Assembly (NCBI GenBank): GCA_000934665.2
Contig: JYFJ02001909.1
Span: 46,720-66,719, forward strand
DNA: 20,000 nucleotides
Direction: 5' to 3'
Source: Catajapyx aquilonaris
Lineage: Eukaryota
Both the position numbers and the translations under genes were made by a program. This document shows, one piece after another, positions 1-10,016 of the stretch (position 1 is its first letter; every line of letters starts with the position of its first letter). Below the pieces are notes generated by a model, which saw only the letters and a list, made by a program, of their open reading frames with translations, was not told where the DNA came from and made no database searches.

Positions 1-305
1 ACATAGTCTGCAGCGCTGATGTCACCACCTTCTTCGGACAGCCATTTGACTACATCTAGATGTCCGTTTTCTGCTGCCCAGTGCATGGCCGTACGGCCCA
101 CATGGTCCTGAGAGTGTAAGTTGGCTCCTTTGCTCACCAGGAGCTTGACCACCTCCAGTTTCCCATAGCATGCCGCCCAGTGTAACACGGTGCGACCAAC
201 GCAATCCTTGGCGTGGATGTCGGTACCTTTCTCCGACAACCAGTCTTCGGCTTCTCCGGAAGAGGCTGGGTGCAGCATAGGGTCTTTCGTAGGAAGAGGG
301 GCCAT
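1..305 (-). CDS. Ankyrin-repeat protein, 5' part (continues beyond the left edge)
   Basis: Manual translation from ATG 305 (context gccATGG, in-frame TAA upstream): MAPLPTKDPMLHPASSGEAEDWLSEKGTDIHAKDCVGRTVLHWAACYGKLEVVKLLVSKGANLHSQDHVGRTAMHWAAENGHLDVVKWLSEEGGDISAADY. 33-aa periodic D.xGRTxxHWAA.xG.LxVVKxL ankyrin motif; no stop in 101 codons; pyrimidine-rich acceptor (ccttgtctttcag) at 346-348. Confidence 0.92.
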   Translation of the reverse strand, partial: MAPLPTKDPMLHPASSGEAEDWLSEKGTDIHAKDCVGRTVLHWAACYGKLEVVKLLVSKGANLHSQDHVGRTAMHWAAENGHLDVVKWLSEEGGDISAADY

Positions 306-2085
306 GGCTACAATGCTGTATTACTGTACCGTTGTCAGTACGGTTCTGAAAGACAAGGAAATATTAAACATTTCATAAAATTCAATGGATTCATGGTCAA
401 ACACGATCATCAGTAATGATTAGTGGTAATTGAAATGTTGCAAAAACGAATTTTGGAAATATCCACTGACTTTTCTGCCAGATATACGCACACAAAAAAG
501 AAAACCTGCAGGCTTCTATCAACAATTTCACTAAAAATTTTAATACTGTATAATTATTATGCTGTGCAGCGACTGATATTTCCCGGTGAGGCCCCAGTCA
601 GACTCCCCCCTTTGAGAATCAGGTATTTTAACTGAAATACTAATTATGCATTTCTCATATCGTTACGTGTGACGTGTGCTCTGACGGTGTCATTCATAAT
701 AATAGCCTTAACTATGCTAACATGTTTAATTACTGTATTTATTTATTTAACTTCAACTGTGTGACATTGGGTACTTCTTGTTGTAAGGGAATAAAGTCCT
801 TTTAGTTAACTATAGATAGCTAAAAATGCCATAATCGTACGACTGCTTTCAGCTGTCATAAGATGCTTGCACAAAAACCAATGAAAGAATGCATCAAATC
901 ATGAACAATAAATAATCATACATGATATCAATCTCCATGTTGTTTTGCATCATGAAATGGTCACTATATTTAATAACCTAATTTGCACGGAAATCGAGAA
1001 TAGAGAAACCGGTATGACATGAGCATTATACACGAGAGCACAACTTACACTGTAATTATGGATTTTGGATTTTCGACACGTGCGACACTGTGCACGTCTA
1101 AATGGCTTCATATAATTTAAAACTTATTTACTCATAATTGCAGTAAATTGTTTACAATTTGGAACTTTTTGCATTGTAGGCCATTTGATATTCATACCAG
1201 TAGGACAGTATAGTAATGCATGATCGCGTGAATTCTGTTTAGCGTAAACAACATATTATAAGCACTCATGGATGACCCAGCCGGTTACAGTACCGGTATT
1301 CGATGGTATTATGTAACATCTAATATGCCTAACTTTACTATACTATCACAAAAAATGCTTGGCTTTAAAAATGAGACCTGATAGAAAGATAGACAATCAT
1401 CTGCTCCATATTGTATTTTTGTCCTCATTTCGAGATATTTCGAGATAACATAATATTACACGCGGTATTTAGAGCACAAACTTGGCACTCACTTGGCATG
1501 CCACGCGCATACCACGTCAGTGTGATGCAGATCTCAGGTGGAGCACGCCGTCATCCGACCCCACACACGTCAGCACCTTCGTTGTCAATTCAATATCTTG
1601 CAGTGTTGATGATCCACGGACGTTCTGCCTCGAAAACTATACAAAAATTATGCAACCAGTTAGAGAATACGACCAAGTAATGTTGACAAGAAGAATGACA
1701 ATATAATTGTCCTGCATTCCAATGTGTTAGCCAACATTCCCACAGATTCCTCTAGGATTCTCTCATATTCCTTTGGGATTCTGAGACTTCCAAGCTCATT
1801 TTATGATGATTGTTACATGTTGTAGGATGTAGGAATGTTCGCATAATTTTTTCAGTTGCATTTATCCACCCTTTACTGATCAATTGAATGTTAAATAGTG
1901 CCAGTTGTTTATTGCCAGCATATATTTAATTTTATCTTGTTTGCATGTTTCTGTGACACTTCGGCCCATTCAGCTGATTGGCCACGTTTCTGTTTGTTAT
2001 TCTTTGCACCACCATGCCAAAAAAAGAGTAAAAAAACGACACTCTAACTTGTGAGACAACCCAGTCCTAATAATACACAACTTAC

Positions 2086-2188
2086 CGTTAACTAGTGACA
2101 GAATCCGACACAATAACGTATTGTTCCGTGATCAAAACACTGCAAGTGGTCCCACACTGCTCCAGGCCGGACGCTAGACTCGGAATGA
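2086..2188 (-). promoter_or_regulatory. Candidate non-coding first exon / core promoter of the ankyrin gene
   Basis: Minus strand: Inr-like TCATTC (2188-2183), DRE-like TATCGCTA just upstream, donor G|GTAAGT at 2085-2080. The acceptor at 346-348 implies an upstream UTR exon. Inference only. Confidence 0.3.
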
Positions 2189-2812
2189 ATCAGTCTAGCG
2201 ATAGTTTCGGTGCCGAGCCTCCTCAAAGGCTCTTTTTGAGTGGCCATGATGTTGCCAACGTCTAATTAAGAACTCGCCCGGTTGCCCTTCAAAACTTTGC
2301 AGTTCTATCTATAAGCACAGGGTGAGTCAACATGTACGATTCTCCCGATCATTTCAAGAATTTGGTCCCCTTCAACGAGTGGTTTTACTGCGATGTTTAC
2401 GTTGCAGAGGCGGAGACTTTTTCATAACTGTTTACGCTGTTAGTGTGAGTTGTCTGCTTTTTGGCTACAGCATCACGAGGTGTAGGTGAGACAAGACTAA
2501 GCAGTTGGAATATTTCCATCAGGCTACTAAATCTGTCGGCACTGTGGGTCAGCGTGTGCTAAATTACACATGTCTGATTCGTCCTTCCAAAATCGGGTGC
2601 TCCAAAAGTAATCTGAGGTGTGAATTCTAGGATACTGCTACTGTTGCGTCAGAAGTCGATGTTTTTTTTTTTAAATTTCGTTTTGTGGTCAAAGTAGGCC
2701 GATGTTATTTTAAGATTGAGTACTGGATAGACTAATGTTAAATACAGTTGGAAACATGAAATGTACGGTATTATTTGATTTTTACATGTATACCAGACAG
2801 TAAGGTGTTTTG

Positions 2813-2930
2813 CAAGGGGGTATAACCACTTCGGTACTCCCAGGTACTCCTTAGGTACCTTACTCTGTGGTACTCCCCTTGAATTTGGTACTCCAGTGTA
2901 CACATTTCAGTCGAGTGGTTACCCCCTTTG
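2813..2930. mobile_element. Short MITE-like element with internal GGTACTCC repeats
   Basis: Imperfect terminal inverted repeats caagggggtataaccact / agtggttaccccctttg enclosing four GGTACTCC copies plus one GGTACCTT variant. Confidence 0.5.
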
Positions 2931-3386
2931 TGTTTAGTGTCAATAATACAGTAAATGATTCCAAATAAGGTATAGTAGAAGCATTATACTAAGGCATCTT
3001 ATTAGTCTTAGCATTGGCAGTGTAGGACTAACTTACAGTGTTGCAAAGATGTACGATATATCCGAATTAAAGCAAAATGTTAAGATGACTTAAATCCTAG
3101 TGACTTACGGTTTAACCCATGAATGTGTTATTCGTTTTTCTGCTCAGCTTGTGAGTATATTCCAGCAACAATAGAAACCGTGAAAATCATGAGAAACATT
3201 ACAATGGGAGAATCCTCGTGGTATTAAAAGCACACCACAGTGTACTGGCAATAGATAGCCTACAAATACGTATTTGAATTACAAAAATGGCAAATAAGCT
3301 ATCTTTTGCTGCATTAATACGGTCAATATTTTATAAATATGATTGCTGTACCTAAAATACCTTCAGTGGGACTGACTGCAACATGC

Positions 3387-3392
3387 TTTATT
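3387..3392 (-). promoter_or_regulatory. Candidate polyadenylation signal of the scavenger receptor gene
   Basis: AATAAA on the minus strand about 90 nt after the stop codon; AT-rich context makes chance occurrence possible. Confidence 0.35.
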
Positions 3393-3482
3393 ACATTATT
3401 TTCATTGTTTTGATTACATAATTATCACAGTTACTGCTCATAATACTGTACTTTGTGAACTTGGTAGTTAAAGTTCATAATT

Positions 3483-3725
3483 TTACGTTTTGGTGGGAGC
3501 AACAAATTGCAAAGACATCCTGTTCAGAAGTGGAAGCGTTGTACTTTGTATTTGCTGTTTATTCTCCTGCATTTCAGACTTGCTTCTCTTGCACAATATA
3601 ATTCCGCAGAGCATCATTCCAACTCCCAGAATTAAGCCGATCACAAATAAAGCTGTGACTATCGTTTGAGGCACGTTTGATCGAAGACGAATGGTCCTGA
3701 GGAACTCTTCGGGAACGTCGGCTCC
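3483..3725 (-). CDS. SR-B/CD36 coding exon 8 (C-terminal TM and cytoplasmic tail)
   Basis: Acceptor gtttctag|GGA; GADVPEEFLRTIRLRSNVPQTIVTALFVIGLILGVGMMLCGIILCKRSK...APTKT*; 243 nt. Confidence 0.85.
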   Translation of the reverse strand, partial: GADVPEEFLRTIRLRSNVPQTIVTALFVIGLILGVGMMLCGIILCKRSKSEMQENKQQIQSTTLPLLNRMSLQFVAPTKT

Positions 3726-6700
3726 CTAGAAACAACAGTAGAATGTAAATTATATTTATACCAATCTTCAACTTGACCAATATAATGTCATTATTGATAT
3801 TCAACACTCTTTGATATTGTGGTCAAAATAGGGTCTACGAGTTCATACTAAGCAATAATAAAGAGCTTACTTCTTTCACCCACATTATGGGCAATATGAC
3901 CTTTGGGACATGTCGCAATTCGGTCAGCGCAGGGTACGGCCTCAGCAATGCGTTGAATTGCAACATCTTGACTCCTCGAAGTGGTAACCCCATCATCTGA
4001 AATTTAGACCTTGTTTCAATCACTGCGTAACTCACAATAGGATGATCACTTTGGCAACAGAAATACATATCATATACTGTCAGAAATGTATTCGTACAGA
4101 TCAACAAGTAAGTAATAATACTCGAGAAATTTGTTTAAAAATACAAGTGTTGCTTATTGTTAAAATACGCAGGGACTTACGGGATGTAGGTCCATGTAAG
4201 ATTGGTGCTCTTCATCTGTCGGATGTAACCCTTCTACAGCACGAAGAAGACCTTCATCGGCGTGGTAAAAATGTGGATTGGTCGTGAACAATGGTGCACC
4301 TAGGCATGGGCTCAGATCTGATAGACCGGATATGTGTTCATGGGACGATTTCTTGAAGAAGCAGGTGTTTTCAGGCCTCTGGGAAGGCGTGTAAAATATC
4401 TTATCCGGAGCTATGAATCTGTAGGCGTGTATGCCACTCACATCCACATCTCTGTCGTACTCCAGGAATATGGACCTGTCAACATAATAATGTACATCAT
4501 AAAGACGGATGCAATTTATAAATCTTCAGTAGCAGCTTCAGAGCATATAGAGTATGAAGAAGTGAGAGGATCGATGTTTGAAGCACTCCTGCAGGAAGGT
4601 TATGATGCGATCTCTCTGTACCAATTTTCACATATTTTGGCTCAGTGGTTCTTTCGCAGCTAAGAGCCGAAAAATTATTTTATTTTGTTTTGCATTGTAC
4701 TATAGGTACAAGTGAATCCTTCATTTTCAGAACGAGCAGATTCACAATGGAAATACGCGATTTTGAGCTGTGCGCCGGATTAATTTGATGGCTTCTCACT
4801 ACTTGTTGTAGGCTTTAATGCAAAAGAACCGATAATACTGTACATGGAATGCCACTCAGCTAGTAACACAAGTTTATGCAGCCTATTCATACGTGAGAAT
4901 TAATTGTTCTTTTTAAATGCACAATTACAGTAGGACTTCTATAACGCGAATCTCCAATATAGGATTATTATTTGTGCCACAAAGTCCGTGATAGATCTCT
5001 GGCGGAAAGCATAATATATTTTTCTCTCTCCGAATGAACGATTTTGTAGCCATTAGCAATATGAAAATGTCACTTGGATTCAAAAGTAGAAATTCAATCG
5101 TAAATATTATTGCCAACAGTTCGAATTAAGATGAACTTCGAGACGCAGAAATTCGTCTATGTGAAGTTCCATTCCTAATACTCGTAAGATACTTTACATT
5201 GTGACCGTCAATTTTCTCTTTTTTTTGACCTAGTTAATATAAGAACTTTGACTTAGGAATGTTAGACCTATATAAGTTCCAGTGCATTTCAAACATTTTC
5301 CTGGTAGGTTGTAACTGTTATCGTAGAAGAAAACAGACTTGAAAGAAACTGACGTAGCCTAGTATAGCTTACGAGAGAACTGCAGCATATTACTGGACAA
5401 AAACAATGTGGCTTTGTTCTTCATTTCAAGAAAGGAATATACCATACTGTATATAAGGATCTTGCTCATTAATCAGCAAGATCCTTATACAGATATTCTT
5501 TCCGAAGGAACGGTTTTTTTTGACCTTCAAAGTCATCAAAGCAATAGTAGCTATAAATGCAGCTAAAATAATATACGTACTGTACAGTATATCATTGCAC
5601 CAAAGGGGTCTTAGTAAGCTGCCAATAAGTATTATAATAGAAGTGCCAACACTACCGTAGTACATGCATTCACCAGTGTTGACACTTCTTTATATCATAC
5701 ACCATACACATATTTGTCCACCAAATATACTGCTTTAGTTGACTTCTATGATTATTTTGATGTTGTAAGCAAACTCTATAATCCCACCTGCAGGCATCTT
5801 TTGCAAAGACGTATAGCCTCTCGTCCCTGTTGAGGAAGGGGTGAAACATCGTTCCGTCTGATCCGTTGATCATGTTGCAGTATTTATCATCCCATGCACC
5901 CACAGATGGAGAGCCCATGTAGCTAGTGATGGTCCCCAAGTTGTTAATGTCGTCCTCACCAGTGCGAACAGTGAACGGACCAATTTTGGTGCCGTTGTTC
6001 TGTAAAAACAAGTACAACTGCAGTACGTACTGTACATTGTAGTTACATGTGGGTGTTTTTCTTAGAATAAATATATTACCAGTCCCATAAGCGAAAATTT
6101 TCCTCCGTGGAATGTATCTGAACCCATAAAGAACTGGGCTTGAGCAATCAGAGGGTTGTAATACCCTTCGAAGAGGATTTCTCTAACGGTTTTGGTGACA
6201 AACAGGTGCTGCTTCATTCCTTTCAGGATCATGTTGACTAATATTGCACTTGGCTTCCAATCAGCAGCTCCTTGCAACATCGCCACCGCTGCCTGTGAAG
6301 TCGAGGTGATTAATATTGACCATTGCATGAATGAAAACTAGAGGTATACAGTTCTGCACTTTTCTACCCAAGAAAGTCATACCGTATCTGCAAAAGGCCA
6401 AATTGGCGCCATTAGTTGAAACACTTGCAGACCAAATAATTTCTGCTATAATAACACTAACACATGAAAGCAAGAGTTTTTACACATTGACCTAGACACC
6501 CAAGGTTGTGAATTTTATTATTTATTATCGGAACCTTCAAATCATTAAGAAACGGCTATTTTAGTCGGCAATGTCGGCAGTAGAAGCGGACCTTTACTGG
6601 TACATACCATATGTGCAGTAATCTACGTATTACTCTATTATGTAAGAAACTATTGCGGATCTCAGGAATCGTAGCCAATTTTGGGTTTTCATTGTCATAT

Positions 6701-7493
6701 GCATGTTCTAATAAATGTCTACTTTAATATCTGAAGTTTGACTTTTGTCAAAATTTGTTGCCCATTGTAATTTCATCGAATTATTTTTATGCTGTTGAGG
6801 TAGAAATGTATAGTACTTGTACATAAATTATCTACCAAAAGATTACAATAATTATTCTAGCACCTGAATGATCATGTTTTCGGAAAAAATTGACACACCC
6901 ACACCCTGGCAAAAAATGTCATTCTACCTGCCCCACTCGCCTCCCTCTGTTATAGAGTATTGAGCTTGAAAAGAAATACTAGTTAGCATACTGCACATTA
7001 TTTTGGAGTCACGTTTTAGACTTCTTCTCATCATCGAAAAAAGTCTTATATAACGGCTCTGTCTGTCTGTCTGTCTGTGGACAGGTATCAGGGCCTCAAC
7101 CGCAAAAGATAGCGACAAACGGTTTTCATATTCGGATTAAGCGTGACCTAAATAGGTGCCATGGTTAACTTCCGGTGACGGGTGACCCGTCACTTCCTGT
7201 TTTCCGGGTTCACTCTATCCGCAAAAGTCTACTTGAAAGAATGAGAAAAAGTCTATTCTCATCACGCTCACGTGATTTGCCAATATTGTGCAGTATTATA
7301 CAGTACAGTAGAGTAGGCTACTGTAAAACTTACCAAGAGTGGCACATTGACCGTGGTGACTAGGTCATCTTCACTCCCTTTGGATAGCGACGGTTGAGAG
7401 AAATAGGTGCGAGATTCCAGGTAAGACACAGTCGCATCACTATGTAAAGTCACATTGTGTTTTTTCCTCATTTGGCTAGAAAAAGTGAATGCA

Positions 7494-7531
<38 letters not shown>

Positions 7532-8895
7532 ACAGTGTTGTTCGTGGGATTTGAGCTAACTTCCCTTCCGTGATTCCCTTACTCAGGCCCGGTTTCACCA
7601 AGCCCGGTTTTGATAAAACCCCGGTTCTTTCGGAAAATCCCTATTCTACTCGTATTTGAGTTATGACAATATCAGCATAAAATGAATGATGACCGTCATA
7701 TTATGAATATTAATTGAGTACTGTCGGTAGGCCATGTTTGGAGGATTTATCCTTCAGTGCTCTTGTAATGTTTAATGTTGACAACAATCTCAAGGACAAA
7801 TCCTCCGTCAGCAGTGGTGCAAGAAGGCTGTACTACTAAGAATTTCAAATAAACATCAGGCCTGATGTTAATCAAAACACCAGATTTGGGTTTAATGTAA
7901 CCCACGCAAGTTGTTACCATTTCGTAGCAGCGTCAGCAGCAGTCTATATAACTAATTCGTACTCTCTGCATTTGTTTTACTCGCTATGAATTAGCAGCAA
8001 TGCGAATTTCCACGATCACTAGTATATACACACAGTTCACAATGCCACAATAATTCACCAGCCAATAATTCAACCAAATTCCCCAAGAAATATCGTCAGA
8101 GAAATTAATTTGCCTTATTATGGGCTTCATCTAAGACCGGTTTTATGAAAGCAAATTAGGAAATTTTTCCGATTATTCACACGCATTCACAACGCTTAAT
8201 CGAAGATTTTCTACTCAATTTACGTTTATACAACCGGTCCTAAAATATGTAAAACCACATACCAGTAGCTATCACATGTCTAGATTAAAAAGACACGCCT
8301 ATCAATTTATATGTAGCATTAGAATGTGATAATTTTATTACAAGCCAAAATATTAACTTACTGATAAGCATATCCTCCAACCTCTTGAAGCTTGGGTTTT
8401 GCACCGAGATTTTTAATTTCCTCTGGATTTGTGATATTAAATATGTAGATATAAGTCATCACAGGGAAAGGGACTTCTTTCCATGGCTCCCATATTTCTG
8501 ATCCAGGGTACAGGTACAGATTCTGAGATGTAAGAGTCATCGGGTAAAGAAAGGTCAAATAATATCATTATTGATGAACAGTTTTTGTGCAAGCCAGATA
8601 TTATTAAATTTCAGTGTATTCTTCTAGTATACTTACATAATAACTATCATAATATAAAAATTCAAATTAAGGAGATATTGATTTTGTTATGACGATTATT
8701 AATGAAAAATACACTTCTTTACTACTCGTACACAATAGGCAAATAAATAAGTGACAATAATCAGAAACATACCTTTTGTATGTATATTTCAAGAGCCTTC
8801 GGAAAAGCGTAATACTTGACAAAGAATGAGGCACATATGGTAACGAAACCTCCGACGACAACGGACAGCTGAAATCTTGTAATGTTGCTCAGCAT
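3483..8895 (-). CDS. CD36 family / scavenger receptor class B protein, 8 coding exons, 504 aa
   Basis: join(8895-8773,8522-8362,7475-7334,6292-6080,5999-5788,4475-4181,3996-3871,3725-3483). All introns GT-AG, phases 0,2,0,0,2,0,0 give an uninterrupted ORF. CD36 hallmarks: YIFNITNPEE, KPKLQEVG.Y, KTVREILFEGY, CNMINGSDGTMFHP, CRSI.LEY, PHFYHAD, VEGLHP, LPIMW, two terminal TM helices. Orthology within the family (SCARB1/2, croquemort, SNMP) cannot be assigned by eye. Confidence 0.95.
3871..3996 (-). CDS. SR-B/CD36 coding exon 7
   Basis: tttcag|ATG...GAA|gtaagc; MMGLPLRGVKMLQFNALLRPYPALTELRHVPKVILPIMWVKE; 126 nt. Confidence 0.93.
4181..4475 (-). CDS. SR-B/CD36 coding exon 6
   Basis: tgacag|G TCC...CCC|gtaagt; SIFLEYDRDVDVSGIHAYRF...NTCF...SPCLGAPLFTTNPHFYHAD...MDLHP; 295 nt. 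Confidence 0.95.
5788..5999 (-). CDS. SR-B/CD36 coding exon 5
   Basis: tttacag|AAC...TGC AG|gtggga; NNGTKIGPFTVRTG...YCNMINGSDGTMFHPF...DACR; 212 nt. Confidence 0.95.
6080..6292 (-). CDS. SR-B/CD36 coding exon 4
   Basis: ttcacag|GCA...CTG|gtaata; AAVAMLQG...LFVTKTVREILFEGYYNPLI...KFSLMGL; 213 nt. Confidence 0.93.
7014..7278 (+). mobile_element. Helentron-associated non-autonomous element (HINE / DINE-1-like) in SR-B intron 3
   Basis: SubTIRs tagacttcttctcat (7017-7031) / atgagaaaaagtcta (7241-7255), 14/15 complementary; partial inverted copy of the 5' subTIR at about 7036-7047; (TCTG)n microsatellite 7057-7078; 3' hairpin atcacg-ctca-cgtgat (7261-7276); T-rich flanks. Confidence 0.8.
7334..7475 (-). 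CDS. SR-B/CD36 coding exon 3
   Basis: ttttctag|C CAA ATG...TTG|gtaagt; (H)QMRKKHNVTLHSDATVSYLESRTYF...DDLVTTVNVPLL; 142 nt. Confidence 0.94.
7494..7530. repeat. (ATT)n microsatellite
   Basis: About 12 perfect ATT units. Confidence 0.95.
8134..8240. mobile_element. PIF/Harbinger-like MITE remnant
   Basis: Imperfect TIRs agaccggttttatgaa / tttatacaaccggtcc, right end followed by TAA; a related end ggcccggtttcacca occurs at 7586. Confidence 0.4.
8362..8522 (-). CDS. SR-B/CD36 coding exon 2
   Basis: atctcag|AAT...TAT CA|gtaagt; NLYLYPGSEIWEPWKEVPFPVMTYIYIFNITNPEEIKNLGAKPKLQEVGGYAY; 161 nt. Confidence 0.95.
8773..8895 (-). CDS. SR-B/CD36 coding exon 1 (start codon and N-terminal TM)
   Basis: MLSNITRFQLSVVVGGFVTICASFFVKYYAFPKALEIYIQK|gtatgt, phase 0 matches exon 2; not in the ORF track; probable UTR acceptor ttgcag at 8937-8939. 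Confidence 0.85.
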
Positions 8896-10016
8896 CTTGC
8901 CCAAGCACAGCACTAGTAGGCCTACTGCTGCATGCTCTGCAATTAAATGTAATATACACTGTACAGTAACTCAGTTGTTGTAATAAAACATTAAAATGAT
9001 TATGGACTCTCTGGGTCACGTATTGCATGTGTACAGCAACTGTGCGTGATTTACCCGTTTGAATGTTATTTGTAGTTTGAGAGAGATCAAGTCCCAGTAA
9101 ATTATACTTGTGCATCAATTAATTCTGATGTAGACCCTAAGCACATGGTCAAAAGTTAGTGCAAGATTAGTTAGCCCTGCATGAAACTGATGATAGTGTT
9201 TCATCATAAATTCTGTAAGTATAGGTTTGTCATATGAAATGCGTTCTACATTTTTGACCACATTACAAATAAGGATTACTGTGATGCAGCGTGCAGCATC
9301 TGTAAAAAAAATATCTTCAGAATGTATGCCTTGTATACTCTGTATTATTACAATGTAATGCGCCTGCGTACTATAGTACATATCAAGAGAAGAGAATACA
9401 ATGGAATAATCTTATGATTCCCACAAGAACAACATCACAAGATATCACAAGATAGTAACATCATAAATCGGTATGAACAAGCTATAGTTATAATAAATTG
9501 TAAGTTACTCCGTTTTGCATTTTTAAAATAAATCTTGGCTGCTAATCCGGAATATGTCTTATGAATTTTAATATAGTGAGTGGCCTACCTTTCTCATTCT
9601 ACCAGTTTTAAGACGTTCCCCTCGTGTTTGCCGACTTGTGTATATTAGTAATGCCTGCTGGCAAAATGTATGTATCACCCTATACTTAAGTTGGAATTAT
9701 TCTGGATTAGACACGCATGTCCTTGAGAGATGCTGGGGTTTCTGATGGGGAAGATCATAACGCCCATTCTATACGTCATTAGTTGCGTTGTTCTACCTCT
9801 AAATGCTCTGATGGGATGTGTACCGGTACTGTTGATGCCCGCGAACTGTCCGAAATATCCATGAACTGTAGCATACTCGAGATACGCTTACCAAACCACG
9901 TACAGTGCCGTAGCTCATGAAAATTCGCCAACCAGTGGAGAGCCACCTGTGTTTATTAGGAACACCTGTGGCCCATATAACAAATGTGACCTTATGTCTA
10001 TATACAAGTAGTACTT

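Noticed and set aside
591..608. Minus-strand ggggagtctgactggggc resembles the LSU rRNA P-loop region (ggggagtttgactggggc)
   Set aside because: Only 18 nt and the flanks do not continue the rRNA match; not an rRNA gene.
1731..1841. Roughly 10-bp periodic ATTCC motifs with a weak inverted end
   Set aside because: Too degenerate to define an element.
4042..4663. Plus-strand ORFs 4042-4287 and 4334-4663
   Set aside because: Antisense shadows of SR-B exon 6.
5426..5665. Hydrophobic 79-aa ORF in SR-B intron 5
   Set aside because: AT-rich codon artefact; exons 5 and 6 join in frame without it.
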